From IMG/VR virus record IMGVR_UViG_3300027967_000093: 64,000 nt of DNA; one strand, given 5' to 3'. The notes under the pieces were generated by a model. The model was not told the DNA's origin. It did not search any database and worked only from the letters and a program-made list of their open reading frames with translations. The translations under genes and the position numbers were made by a program. Position 1 is the first letter of the stretch. Every line of letters starts with the position of its first letter. Shown here one piece after another: positions 35,210-43,316 of the stretch. This DNA is from a virus.

Positions 35210-35637
35210 TGTATGAATATTCTTGCAAAATCATTAGAGTTGTTGATGGTGATACTGTGGATGTCGATATTGATCTTGGTTTCGGTATCATTTATGCTAA
35301 TCAGCGTATTCGCCTATACGGTATTGATACTCCCGAGTCTCGTACTCGCGACCTTACAGAGAAAAAGTTTGGTAAACTCGCCTCCAGATTCCTTGCGGAC
35401 TCACTGGGAGAAACATGTGTCCTCCGTACAAGACTCGACAGTAAAGGAAAGTACGGACGCATCCTCGGAGAGTTCCTCGTCTATGACGCAGAAACCGACC
35501 GACAAATGACTGTCAATCAGATTATGATTCGTGAACATCTTGCGGTTGCATACCACGGTCAGTCCAAGGATGATGTTGAAGAAGAACATTTACGTAATCG
35601 CGAATTATTATTGAGTGAAGGTAAGTACGAAATATGA
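35209..35637 (+). CDS. thermonuclease (SNase-like)
   Basis: RVVDGDT, RIRLYGIDTPESRT, GKYGRILG. Confidence 0.88.
   Translation: MYEYSCKIIRVVDGDTVDVDIDLGFGIIYANQRIRLYGIDTPESRTRDLTEKKFGKLASRFLADSLGETCVLRTRLDSKGKYGRILGEFLVYDAETDRQMTVNQIMIREHLAVAYHGQSKDDVEEEHLRNRELLLSEGKYEI
35213..35509 (+). CDS. possible nested (+1 frame) membrane protein inside thermonuclease gene
   Basis: about 45-aa hydrophobic N-terminus then S/T-rich tail; host third positions switch from T-rich to T-poor until the nested stop. Confidence 0.3.
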   Translation: MNILAKSLELLMVILWMSILILVSVSFMLISVFAYTVLILPSLVLATLQRKSLVNSPPDSLRTHWEKHVSSVQDSTVKESTDASSESSSSMTQKPTDK

Positions 35638-36266
35638 GATGGAATGTCTTAGGTAATGGTGACCACGCACATATGTTTAAACGTGGTACCGCAGGTAAGT
35701 TACTAATATGTAATATGCCTCCATTCGAGGTACCGAACAATGAAGTGTTTGCTACCTGTATGGTTGATTATAAAATGATGATGGCACTTGCCCAAGGTCA
35801 AATCAAACTAGACATGTATGATTGGATTCTTGGTACCCGCCCCCGTCACTGGATGGAGATGAATCCTACGTTCTATCTGAAGTACGCACCTAAGATAAAG
35901 GCGATGCATACCCACATACCCCAATACGCACAACTCCCTGGCCATAATGCAGCGCAAGCAGCAACCAACTACTCGTGTGGTCATATGGCAGTGGATTATG
36001 CGTGTCGTGTACAGAAGGCGACTGAAGTCCACATCTACGGATTCGACTCGATGTTTGATACCAGTCTCCGTAGTTATACCGACCTGTTATTAGAGTCTGA
36101 CCGTAGTTCACAGAACACACATCGTCTCGCAAACAACTGGAGACCAATCTGGACTAAGATGTTCGAAGAGTTTGCCAACACCAAGTTTTTCCTGTATCAT
36201 AGTCATGATAAAGTCAAGTTTCCTATTGGAGACAATGTTAATATAATTGTAACGGAGAAGAAATAA
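35634..36266 (+). CDS. Maf/DUF115/GT29-like Rossmann-fold protein
   Basis: VLGNG, ICN, MVD, YSCGHMAVDYA...EVHIYGFDS. Confidence 0.5.
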   Translation: MRWNVLGNGDHAHMFKRGTAGKLLICNMPPFEVPNNEVFATCMVDYKMMMALAQGQIKLDMYDWILGTRPRHWMEMNPTFYLKYAPKIKAMHTHIPQYAQLPGHNAAQAATNYSCGHMAVDYACRVQKATEVHIYGFDSMFDTSLRSYTDLLLESDRSSQNTHRLANNWRPIWTKMFEEFANTKFFLYHSHDKVKFPIGDNVNIIVTEKK

Positions 36267-36415
36267 TGCCTACTTTAGATGATGTAAAAGTTGTATTGGA
36301 AAAGTTTGGTGGATTTATAAGTGACACTGCATACGATTTTAAACAATGCTGGTCAGTATATCCTAATGTATTAATTTGGTGTGGTGTCGCAATCTTAATT
36401 GCTTATTTTGTATAA
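36266..36415 (+). CDS. 49-aa protein with C-terminal TM
   Basis: GGAG RBS, TAATG coupling; PNVLIWCGVAILIAYFV. Confidence 0.55.
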   Translation: MPTLDDVKVVLEKFGGFISDTAYDFKQCWSVYPNVLIWCGVAILIAYFV

Positions 36416-36418
36416 ATA
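36411..36418 (+). promoter_or_regulatory. T4-type late promoter
   Basis: TATAAATA. Confidence 0.7.
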
Positions 36419-36450
36419 GACTTATACAACAATTATTCAGGAATTATCAC

Positions 36451-37323
36451 ATGCAGTCATTCAACTCATTCTTAAAAGAAGAGGCATTCCTCGCAGAAGA
36501 GTCGAGTATACTTTTAGAGAAACTCATTACATTTGGTGGTGAGGCATATCCAAAGTTCGGTAACATTGTTATCATGGCCGGTGGTGCGGGTTCTGGTAAA
36601 GGGTTCATTCTGAGTAATCTGGTTGGTATCGAAGGAAAGACTTTCGATGTGGATGTACTGAAGACTCTTGCATCTAAGACTCCTGCTATTCAGAAACGAG
36701 TCAAGGATGAACTCGGTGTAGATATTCTTAAATTGTCACAGAACCTAAAAGACCCCGAGAACGTTGGTAAACTTCATGACATCATTGGTAACTACCTAAA
36801 GACTGATAAGAACAAAGAGAAGTTATTCTATCGTTCTGTATTGACCGCACCTGCTGACCGCAAACCAAACATCATCTTCGACATGACCTTCAAGGAATTG
36901 TCTAAGTTGGAGAAGGTTGCGAATGATGCGTCTAAGTTGGGTTACGACAAGAAGAACATCCATATCGTATGGGTTGTGAATGATATCGAAGTTGCGAAGG
37001 CACAGAACTTAAAACGTGCACGTGTTGTACCTACCGAGATTCTTGTTAACACTCACCGTGGTGCGGCTAATACTATGGGTGACATCATCAACATGGGTAA
37101 CAAACTCAAGAAGTATATGGATGGGGACATCGTGTTCGCATTCAACAAAGTTGGTGTAGATGCGAGTCTAGCTAAGTCTGGTAAGGGTGGTTCATACGTC
37201 AAAGACGCAAACTACTTCTATGTCAAGAGAGCAGGTAAGTCACCTACTCCCGTTGACAAACTAGATAAAGAGATTCGTTCTAAGATTGCAGGTTACGTAC
37301 CTAAGAACGTAGACTGGAATTAA
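36451..37323 (+). CDS. P-loop kinase (zeta-toxin/Pnk-like), putative internal head protein
   Basis: MQSFNSFLKEE; MAGGAGSGKG; IIFDMT; NLKRARVVP. Confidence 0.7.
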   Translation: MQSFNSFLKEEAFLAEESSILLEKLITFGGEAYPKFGNIVIMAGGAGSGKGFILSNLVGIEGKTFDVDVLKTLASKTPAIQKRVKDELGVDILKLSQNLKDPENVGKLHDIIGNYLKTDKNKEKLFYRSVLTAPADRKPNIIFDMTFKELSKLEKVANDASKLGYDKKNIHIVWVVNDIEVAKAQNLKRARVVPTEILVNTHRGAANTMGDIINMGNKLKKYMDGDIVFAFNKVGVDASLAKSGKGGSYVKDANYFYVKRAGKSPTPVDKLDKEIRSKIAGYVPKNVDWN

Positions 37324-38198
37324 GTCTTATATGAACTTATCGTGCCATCCAATATTGCATATTCGGTGGCACGGTCTTCATCTCCACTCTCTCTGAACTT
37401 ATCATCCCAAATACTTCTGGTAACAAACACTTCATTAAGATGTTCTTCGTTACTCTGTACGGCACCCTGAATATACTTGGATGCGTCTGGGTCTTGATAA
37501 CATAAGTCGATAAACTCAAAGTCTTTCGTGCAGTACGGTGCAAACACCGACTTCACATGGTGTAAAGAAAAGGACGTGTCTTCGGTCTCTTTGGGTACAC
37601 CCGCAAAGACAACTGCATCGTACTTGGTATCAGTCGGGATATCTATATCGATAGACCTACCATGTTTGTACTGTTGACTGCACGGAACCAAGTCTATCTC
37701 ATATCTCTTATAGATTGCATTCATCAACTTACGGTGACGAGACTCTGGTGGTACTAGGGTGTGCATTTCAAAGTTTGTGTATCCGTATGCCATACGTACA
37801 ATAGGAAGAAACTGCAACCATACATTGGGGTCTACCATGGTAGTCTTCAAAGAATGGTATGACGGGGTAGGATAGATGTTCCGGTCAGACTTTCTGTCCA
37901 TGACCCAACTCTTCTGACCTGAGTTGTAGTGACCCACGAATAGGATTTTCTTGTATCCTTTCAAAGACAGATAATTAAGAACCATAGGACAATAGTTAAA
38001 GACATCATTAACGGTGTGACAATGTTGGTCTTTCCAACGTAAGTCAATCTCGTTCTTCTTTATCTCACCAGTCATTAGGTAGTTAAGTTTACCCCACTGG
38101 TTCTTCTTGTGTTCCTTATGGACATAGGTTCCGGTTGAACTGTTATTATCGTCCCTAGGAGTTTTTATTGTCAGTTCATTTACTGGTCTGTAGAACAT
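37320..38198 (-). CDS. hypothetical protein
   Basis: 292-aa ORF, convergent with 36451. Confidence 0.7.
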   Translation of the reverse strand: MFYRPVNELTIKTPRDDNNSSTGTYVHKEHKKNQWGKLNYLMTGEIKKNEIDLRWKDQHCHTVNDVFNYCPMVLNYLSLKGYKKILFVGHYNSGQKSWVMDRKSDRNIYPTPSYHSLKTTMVDPNVWLQFLPIVRMAYGYTNFEMHTLVPPESRHRKLMNAIYKRYEIDLVPCSQQYKHGRSIDIDIPTDTKYDAVVFAGVPKETEDTSFSLHHVKSVFAPYCTKDFEFIDLCYQDPDASKYIQGAVQSNEEHLNEVFVTRSIWDDKFRESGDEDRATEYAILDGTISSYKT

Positions 38199-38201
38199 GG
38201 G

Positions 38202-38465
38202 TTACCCTTTATAAATTTTTTGGATGTGACTCTCGAACTGTTCAATCTTCGCCAGTCGGTTAGGCCACAGAATGTATTCCTTCTCAGGATTCTGTTTCAG
38301 ATTATTCAGTAGAGGTTGAATCGCATTATACAGAGAGTCCAATTGTTTCTGGACTTCGGTAGATGTAGTCGATACCTCGTTCGCAACCTGTTGCGCTTCC
38401 TGTACTGCTTCAAGTTCATTCTCGTCTACGAGGGTAAACCCGAAATCGAATAGTTCGTCACTCAT
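38202..38465 (-). CDS. conserved T4-like phage protein
   Basis: MSDELFDFGFT...PLLNNLKQNPEKEYILWPNR. Confidence 0.75.
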   Translation of the reverse strand: MSDELFDFGFTLVDENELEAVQEAQQVANEVSTTSTEVQKQLDSLYNAIQPLLNNLKQNPEKEYILWPNRLAKIEQFESHIQKIYKG

Positions 38466-38493
38466 ATTTATACCTATCATTTGTATTTTTCTT

Positions 38494-38501
38494 TATTTAT
38501 A
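38494..38501 (-). promoter_or_regulatory. T4-type late promoter (minus strand)
   Basis: TATTTATA on plus strand. Confidence 0.6.
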
Positions 38502-38503
38502 TG

Positions 38504-38532
38504 TTGCCAACTCCCTAGATATGAGGTACAAT
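38504..38532 (+). promoter_or_regulatory. sigma70-type promoter, divergent from late promoter
   Basis: TTGCCA-N17-TACAAT. Confidence 0.6.
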
Positions 38533-38556
38533 GTTTACATAACTGAGGAGAATATC

Positions 38557-38745
38557 ATGTCTGCAATAGGTACTTTAATATTAGAAGTTCAAGAGTTCGT
38601 AGACCCGTTGGTCTACATGGGTGCAACAAACGAAACTATTATGCAACAGTTCGATGAATTGTATTCTGGTCATCCACACTACCAGTATATGCGAAACATC
38701 ATCGAAACCCAAATAACAAGTCGACAATTTCTTAGGGAAGGTTAA
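38557..38745 (+). CDS. hypothetical protein
   Basis: GAGGAG RBS; MSAIGTLILEVQE. Confidence 0.65.
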   Translation: MSAIGTLILEVQEFVDPLVYMGATNETIMQQFDELYSGHPHYQYMRNIIETQITSRQFLREG

Positions 38746-38746
38746 C

Positions 38747-38962
38747 ATGACAATTAACTATGAGAGACGAAATGCGGTGAATCGTACTCGTGAATTTTTG
38801 GTAGATTTAATGAATCCTAAGAAGACCCCCCGAGTACCTAAAGAAATAAGACAAGAAGCATATCGATGCTTGAAACATTATCCACGCGAGTACGATATCG
38901 AACGAGCGGCAGAACAGGCACCTGAAATATTTGGTGATTTTGAGTGGTATAAAGATGAGTAA
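38747..38962 (+). CDS. conserved phage protein
   Basis: ERRNAVNRTREFL..L.NPKKTPRVPKEIR..A..CLKHYP. Confidence 0.75.
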   Translation: MTINYERRNAVNRTREFLVDLMNPKKTPRVPKEIRQEAYRCLKHYPREYDIERAAEQAPEIFGDFEWYKDE

Positions 38963-39134
38963 GTGGTGGAGGATATGGGCAAAGAGTTTAGGTGAAAAGG
39001 TCGGTGAGACTGATAAACAAGCCAATACTGTTGCCGGTATCAGGACTGTCTGGTGGATTACTCATATGGCGACTTGTATATTCATTATCCTTAATGCGAT
39101 AGCGAATCACGGTTGGGGTCTCATTGGATTATAG
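38955..39134 (+). CDS. small membrane protein
   Basis: WWRIWAKSLGEKVG..DKQAN.VAGIRT. Confidence 0.7.
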   Translation: MSKWWRIWAKSLGEKVGETDKQANTVAGIRTVWWITHMATCIFIILNAIANHGWGLIGL

Positions 39135-39711
39135 TACCAAGGGTTGGGTTCACCTACCCAATATGGTACCCCAATCTCAGATAGACCGGATACGAGAAAT
39201 AGGTATTGGTCTGAGATTGAACGCTCGCAAATACTCTGATTGGGATGGCATACCATGTGCGTCCAGATTCTCAAAAGAATTGTACGATTTTTACATCTCC
39301 GATACAATGTACACAGTATCCCAAAAGTATTTGGGTAACACCGTATATCTTTTCAACGACCAGATAGTTGTCAAGTTACCCCATGACACTATGGAGTTCG
39401 AACCTCATTATGACAACCAGTATGGCCCGGACAGTAACAGAGAAAAACACACAATTAATGTAAGTGTTATCCTAGACGATTTCACCGATGATAATGGCAC
39501 CCTGTCACTGAAGAACCTAGATGATGGTCAATGGGTCACCATATACCCCAAGAAGGGTGATCTGGTGGTCATTGGAGGTAACACCTACCATAAGTCAGGC
39601 ATGAACCTGACCGACTCCCCAAGGGGTTTGTATGCGTGTGTATACACCGACACCCCCATTATCATGGAAAATTATTATCGTTCCATATTCGAAAAAGTTA
39701 TAAACATATAA
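39124..39711 (+). CDS. 2OG-Fe(II) oxygenase (PhyH-like)
   Basis: PHYD, VILDD..DNGTL, GDLVV...TYHKSG.N....R. Confidence 0.8.
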   Translation: MDYSTKGWVHLPNMVPQSQIDRIREIGIGLRLNARKYSDWDGIPCASRFSKELYDFYISDTMYTVSQKYLGNTVYLFNDQIVVKLPHDTMEFEPHYDNQYGPDSNREKHTINVSVILDDFTDDNGTLSLKNLDDGQWVTIYPKKGDLVVIGGNTYHKSGMNLTDSPRGLYACVYTDTPIIMENYYRSIFEKVINI

Positions 39712-39742
39712 CAAATTGTTCTAAAAATAAGTGAAATAGTTG

Positions 39743-39770
39743 TTGACGAGAACTGAAAATGTGTTATAAT
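39743..39770 (+). promoter_or_regulatory. early promoter (repeat family copy 5)
   Basis: TTGACG-N16-TATAAT with shared upstream box AACAAATTGTTCTAAAAATAAGTGAAATA. Confidence 0.7.
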
Positions 39771-39797
39771 AGTACCTCATTAGACAGAGAGACAATT

Positions 39798-39959
39798 ATG
39801 AAATACGAAATCGGTCAAGAAGTTTGGGTCAAGTGTGTCGGTACTGATGATTGGGTTGCCGGTGTTGTCACTGGTTTGACTCCCAAACGTGTTCGAGTCT
39901 TCAACGAAGTTCGTGGTCTCGAAGGTCTTTACGCTCCCCAGAATGTCGAGGTGAAATAA
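39798..39959 (+). CDS. early small protein (SH3-like)
   Basis: MKYEIGQEVWV. Confidence 0.6.
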   Translation: MKYEIGQEVWVKCVGTDDWVAGVVTGLTPKRVRVFNEVRGLEGLYAPQNVEVK

Positions 39960-40144
39960 TGAAAGTTCAAGTAGGTGACAAAGTTTATTGTAATTGGGGT
40001 GCCATGCATCCTACCGAAGAACGCACTATCTTAAAGATTGAAGATGGTCGTATATGGTGTGACGGAGGTTTGACGATGCCAATCTCTCACTTGCGTGATA
40101 TGAATGAGAAGTACCTAAGTCCTATCGGTGTTTATCTGTTATAA
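39959..40144 (+). CDS. early small protein (SH3-like)
   Basis: MKVQVGDKVYCNWGAMHP; GAGG RBS. Confidence 0.6.
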   Translation: MKVQVGDKVYCNWGAMHPTEERTILKIEDGRIWCDGGLTMPISHLRDMNEKYLSPIGVYLL

Positions 40145-40193
40145 GGAGACATGTTCTTAGAACAAAATGTTCTAAAAATAAGTGAAATAAGTG

Positions 40194-40222
40194 TTGCATT
40201 CTTGTTCTAATAATGAGATAAT
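40194..40222 (+). promoter_or_regulatory. early promoter (repeat family copy 6)
   Basis: TTGCAT-N17-GATAAT; upstream palindrome TAGAACA-AAA-TGTTCTA. Confidence 0.7.
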
Positions 40223-40254
40223 AGTACCCTATTGAGATGAGAGAGAAGATGATT

Positions 40255-40419
40255 ATGGAATTTGAAGTTGTAGATATTAACGAAGTGACTCATATGCGTC
40301 CAGGCTGGGATTTGGTCGAGTACGAAGACGGTACAGATCCTTTAGATGGGTTTGTCCTGTATGGATTTGATGAAGTTGGTCAGTTCTGTCGTGAACCCAA
40401 GTACGCCTTTATTAAATAA
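40255..40419 (+). CDS. early hypothetical protein
   Basis: follows promoter; start 40249 or 40255. Confidence 0.55.
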   Translation: MEFEVVDINEVTHMRPGWDLVEYEDGTDPLDGFVLYGFDEVGQFCREPKYAFIK

Positions 40420-40431
40420 GAGAGGTTGATT

Positions 40432-40599
40432 ATGGAATTGTTAACTAATATACTAACTTGGTTGTTGGTAGTTATTTTTGCGGTGTTTGTGGTCAGTGGT
40501 TCTCTGGCTGCGATGTATGAAAGAGACGAAATTCGAAAAGGTATGCGTGAAGGTAAAAACGACTACTACGGTAATAAAATTGAAGAGGAAAATGAATAA
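40432..40599 (+). CDS. 55-aa membrane protein (…GKNDYYGNKI)
   Basis: GAGG RBS; N-terminal TM; not in ORF track. Confidence 0.6.
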   Translation: MELLTNILTWLLVVIFAVFVVSGSLAAMYERDEIRKGMREGKNDYYGNKIEEENE

Positions 40600-41060
40600 T
40601 GTTTGGTAATCGCACTGTTAATGTTGTATATGGTTCTACTGGCGAACGTTCTATGTTCATGGGAATGGACTTGACCTGTGATATGAAAGTCTCTCACGCA
40701 CTTGGTGAACGCCCTGTCATTGACAAAGAAATCGCCCATGAAAAAAAGGTATATCAAGTGTCGGAACTTCTTCGGGAGGTTTCAAAACCATCTAAACCAA
40801 AACTCAAGAAAGACCCAACGTGTTATGATATATCACGTTACGAAGAACAACTCGAAAAGTATACGGATAACATCAGGTTGTATTCTGACTCTGGTAAATA
40901 TAACTTGATTCTTCGAATGATGATGAATGACAATATCATCAAACATACCACCAAAGTCAAGGTTGGTTCGAACGGTCGTCTTCGTGAAGTCTATCTTGTG
41001 AAAGAAAAACAAGCGTACCGCATCTGGGGTAAGACTTACTATGGGTTGTATACACAATGA
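40599..41060 (+). CDS. hypothetical protein
   Basis: TAATG coupling. Confidence 0.6.
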   Translation: MFGNRTVNVVYGSTGERSMFMGMDLTCDMKVSHALGERPVIDKEIAHEKKVYQVSELLREVSKPSKPKLKKDPTCYDISRYEEQLEKYTDNIRLYSDSGKYNLILRMMMNDNIIKHTTKVKVGSNGRLREVYLVKEKQAYRIWGKTYYGLYTQ

Positions 41061-41135
41061 TGTTTGCTGATATAATTTCTCTTGCCATATTCGGTGCACT
41101 TATGGTAATATGGTGGGAGATAAAGGGGAAAGGAG

Positions 41136-41327
41136 ATGACGAATAAAAAGAAACTTGGTTTAGGTAAGACTAATCCGGTCGCTAAGTTCCAACGGAAATA
41201 CAATAAGGCCGTGGTTCATCAAGACCGCAAAAAAGAATTGAAAAAGACTGGAAATGATAAGGGTCGCCGTTATTGTGTTGATGAAGACTTCTATGATTCC
41301 GCAGGAGGAGATTATGAACATTTTTAA
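41136..41327 (+). CDS. small basic protein
   Basis: NPVAKFQRKYNKAVVHQDRKKE. Confidence 0.65.
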   Translation: MTNKKKLGLGKTNPVAKFQRKYNKAVVHQDRKKELKKTGNDKGRRYCVDEDFYDSAGGDYEHF

Positions 41328-41817
41328 ACTTGATGAGAGTCCGATACTCTCTGCTCAGTTTCAATGCGATAAACACGTGGTTAAGATGCCACTAGAGTCT
41401 GCACAGATGTTGTGTACTGTTCACCGTCTACTTGATGGTGACGAGGGTAACGAAGAACTGTACAAAGTTGCGCATCCCAAACATCCGTCTACTCTGTGGA
41501 CGATGGAAACTATTGCAAACTATCATTGGCACTACACCCACTGGGTTGCGCTGTGTAAGGAGTACACCCATAGGTATGGTAAGGTGCACCTATCGTTTCA
41601 AAAGTTCGGAGAACGACTCAAGGAACATCCTAAGAACATTCCTATGGGTACCCTGACACCTTTCCGTCTTGCAATGGGTTCTAATCCTGAGTGTATGTTC
41701 CCTGAGAATCCGGTCAAGTCCTACCGTGCATACTACAAAACAAAACAAGAACGTTTTGATATGAAGTGGACTAAACGAAATATTCCAAATTGGTTCTTGA
41801 CAAATGAGGCGGCATGA
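41314..41817 (+). CDS. pyrimidine-dimer DNA glycosylase (DenV)-related protein
   Basis: MNIFKLD...CDKHVVKMPLESAQML...HPKHPS..W...EYTHRYGKVH. Confidence 0.7.
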   Translation: MNIFKLDESPILSAQFQCDKHVVKMPLESAQMLCTVHRLLDGDEGNEELYKVAHPKHPSTLWTMETIANYHWHYTHWVALCKEYTHRYGKVHLSFQKFGERLKEHPKNIPMGTLTPFRLAMGSNPECMFPENPVKSYRAYYKTKQERFDMKWTKRNIPNWFLTNEAA

Positions 41818-41825
41818 TATATAAT
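41797..41825 (+). promoter_or_regulatory. consensus sigma70 promoter
   Basis: TTGACA-N17-TATAAT. Confidence 0.65.
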
Positions 41826-41994
41826 GAATAAACGATTGAGGTACCAGATGATTCGAAGTGCACAACAAAGAATTCAAAGTCAACGTAGAATGCACCGCAT
41901 TAATACCTTGTTTGAAAAAGAAGTAGATAACATTAACGGAGGAGTAGACCCATTATGTACACAGAAAAAGAATTCAAAGAACACGTTGAAGTAG
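41824..41994 (+). CDS. possible small basic protein
   Basis: 56-aa ORF; start overlaps the -10 box, true start uncertain. Confidence 0.3.
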   Translation: MNKRLRYQMIRSAQQRIQSQRRMHRINTLFEKEVDNINGGVDPLCTQKKNSKNTLK

Positions 41995-42272
41995 CCAAAC
42001 GTGTATTGAAAGACACGTATGTGAGTAATATCATTTACGTACAGGAACGCATCAAAGATGGTGCGGATGAAGCGGAAATCAAAAACATCGAAGAGTTAAT
42101 CATTGCAAATGAACGCATGATTGTTTATTTCGATGAGGGTGATGACTGGGTGAAAGAATTACATGAACAAGCAAAGGGGAATAGTGATGGAACAAGTGAT
42201 GACGGAAGTAACGAATGGTCAGGAGATGACGAAGCAGCAGTTACTCGAATCGAAGAAGCAAGGAATAGTTGA
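41955..42272 (+). CDS. hypothetical acidic protein
   Basis: GGAGGAG RBS. Confidence 0.65.
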   Translation: MYTEKEFKEHVEVAKRVLKDTYVSNIIYVQERIKDGADEAEIKNIEELIIANERMIVYFDEGDDWVKELHEQAKGNSDGTSDDGSNEWSGDDEAAVTRIEEARNS

Positions 42273-42501
42273 GGCCTTAAAGGAAGGTAAGGTTCATCTT
42301 CAATTCAAAAAAGTGAATGGTGACTTGCGTAATATGGTCGCGACATTAAATGTTGACTATATACCAGAGAGTGACATTCCCGAGAAAGGTAAGGAACGAG
42401 TTTCCAACGAAGAGATTGTAGTACTCTACGACCTCGAAGTAAAAGGTTGGCGTTCATTCCGTACCGAAAACCTTATTGAATATCGGTGTGACAAATGGTA
42501 G
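42187..42501 (+). CDS. SH3/WYL-like beta-barrel protein (DUF2693-like)
   Basis: FKKVNGDLRNMVATLN...YDLEVKGWRSFR. Confidence 0.75.
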   Translation: MEQVMTEVTNGQEMTKQQLLESKKQGIVEALKEGKVHLQFKKVNGDLRNMVATLNVDYIPESDIPEKGKERVSNEEIVVLYDLEVKGWRSFRTENLIEYRCDKW

Positions 42502-43064
42502 CAAAACGTAAACGTAAACCAATGTCAGAGGAACAACGTGCTGCTGCGGTCGAAAGACTCGCAAAGGCACGTGAAGCCCGAGGACACGATGGTTCCGCTT
42601 CGGTTCATCCAGATCTATTAAACATGGATGAAGATCATCCTGTCCATTGGAAGAAAGTTCGACAGTGGGTAAAGGAAGTCGGAGAAGAACTCCGTGCGAA
42701 AAAGAATCAACGTCTGTCTAAGGACTCTAAGGAAAGACAAGAGTACCAGATATTGGAAGTTTACCTAGGCAACATGAAACGATATCTTGATAGTAGTATT
42801 TGGTTAGACCACCGATATGGTCGTCATCGTGAGGGTTTAACTAAAACCGTGGTCACTAGTATCGCATACTATCCAAATGGTCGTCCTAAGAGAGTTGTAG
42901 GAAATTACTATAAAGATATCGGTGAATATACAATGGAGATGAAAGAATATGACGACAGAGTTTACGGTACCGACACAAACGCCCGAAGAGTCGACAGAGA
43001 CATTCATGAACAAGAAACGGTTCTCGAAGATGGTGGAGAGAACAGTGAGGAGTTCGGGTCTTAA
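42495..43064 (+). CDS. conserved T4-like phage protein
   Basis: RKPMSEEQRAAAVERLAKAREAR; WLDHRYG. Confidence 0.7.
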   Translation: MVAKRKRKPMSEEQRAAAVERLAKAREARGHDGSASVHPDLLNMDEDHPVHWKKVRQWVKEVGEELRAKKNQRLSKDSKERQEYQILEVYLGNMKRYLDSSIWLDHRYGRHREGLTKTVVTSIAYYPNGRPKRVVGNYYKDIGEYTMEMKEYDDRVYGTDTNARRVDRDIHEQETVLEDGGENSEEFGS

Positions 43065-43215
43065 CTACATGGATTCAATTGTGCATCTATGTGAAAAGAA
43101 TAATATGGAAGTTGAAGATGTCAAGAAGTATTTGACAAATTCGATTATAGATTGTTTAGAATCTGAAGCAATGAATCTGAACTTTCTAGTCAAGGGTAAC
43201 ACATTGGATGTGTAA
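42949..43215 (+). CDS. 33: late promoter transcription coactivator gp33
   Basis: FSKMVE...YMDSIVHLCEKNNMEVEDVKK...EAMNLNFL; upstream of gp32. Confidence 0.8.
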   Translation: MTTEFTVPTQTPEESTETFMNKKRFSKMVERTVRSSGLNYMDSIVHLCEKNNMEVEDVKKYLTNSIIDCLESEAMNLNFLVKGNTLDV

Positions 43216-43222
43216 TTACCAC

Positions 43223-43251
43223 TTGACAAATGTTATAAATAGTGTTACTAT
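43223..43251 (+). promoter_or_regulatory. overlapping sigma70 (TTGACA-N17-TACTAT) and late (TATAAATA 43234-43241) promoters for gp32
   Basis: both motifs visible in the intergenic region. Confidence 0.6.
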
Positions 43252-43316
43252 ATAATGGTATTCTTGAAATACAATTGTTAATAAACTGCATACGCTGAAC
43301 ATACTGGAGAAAACAT

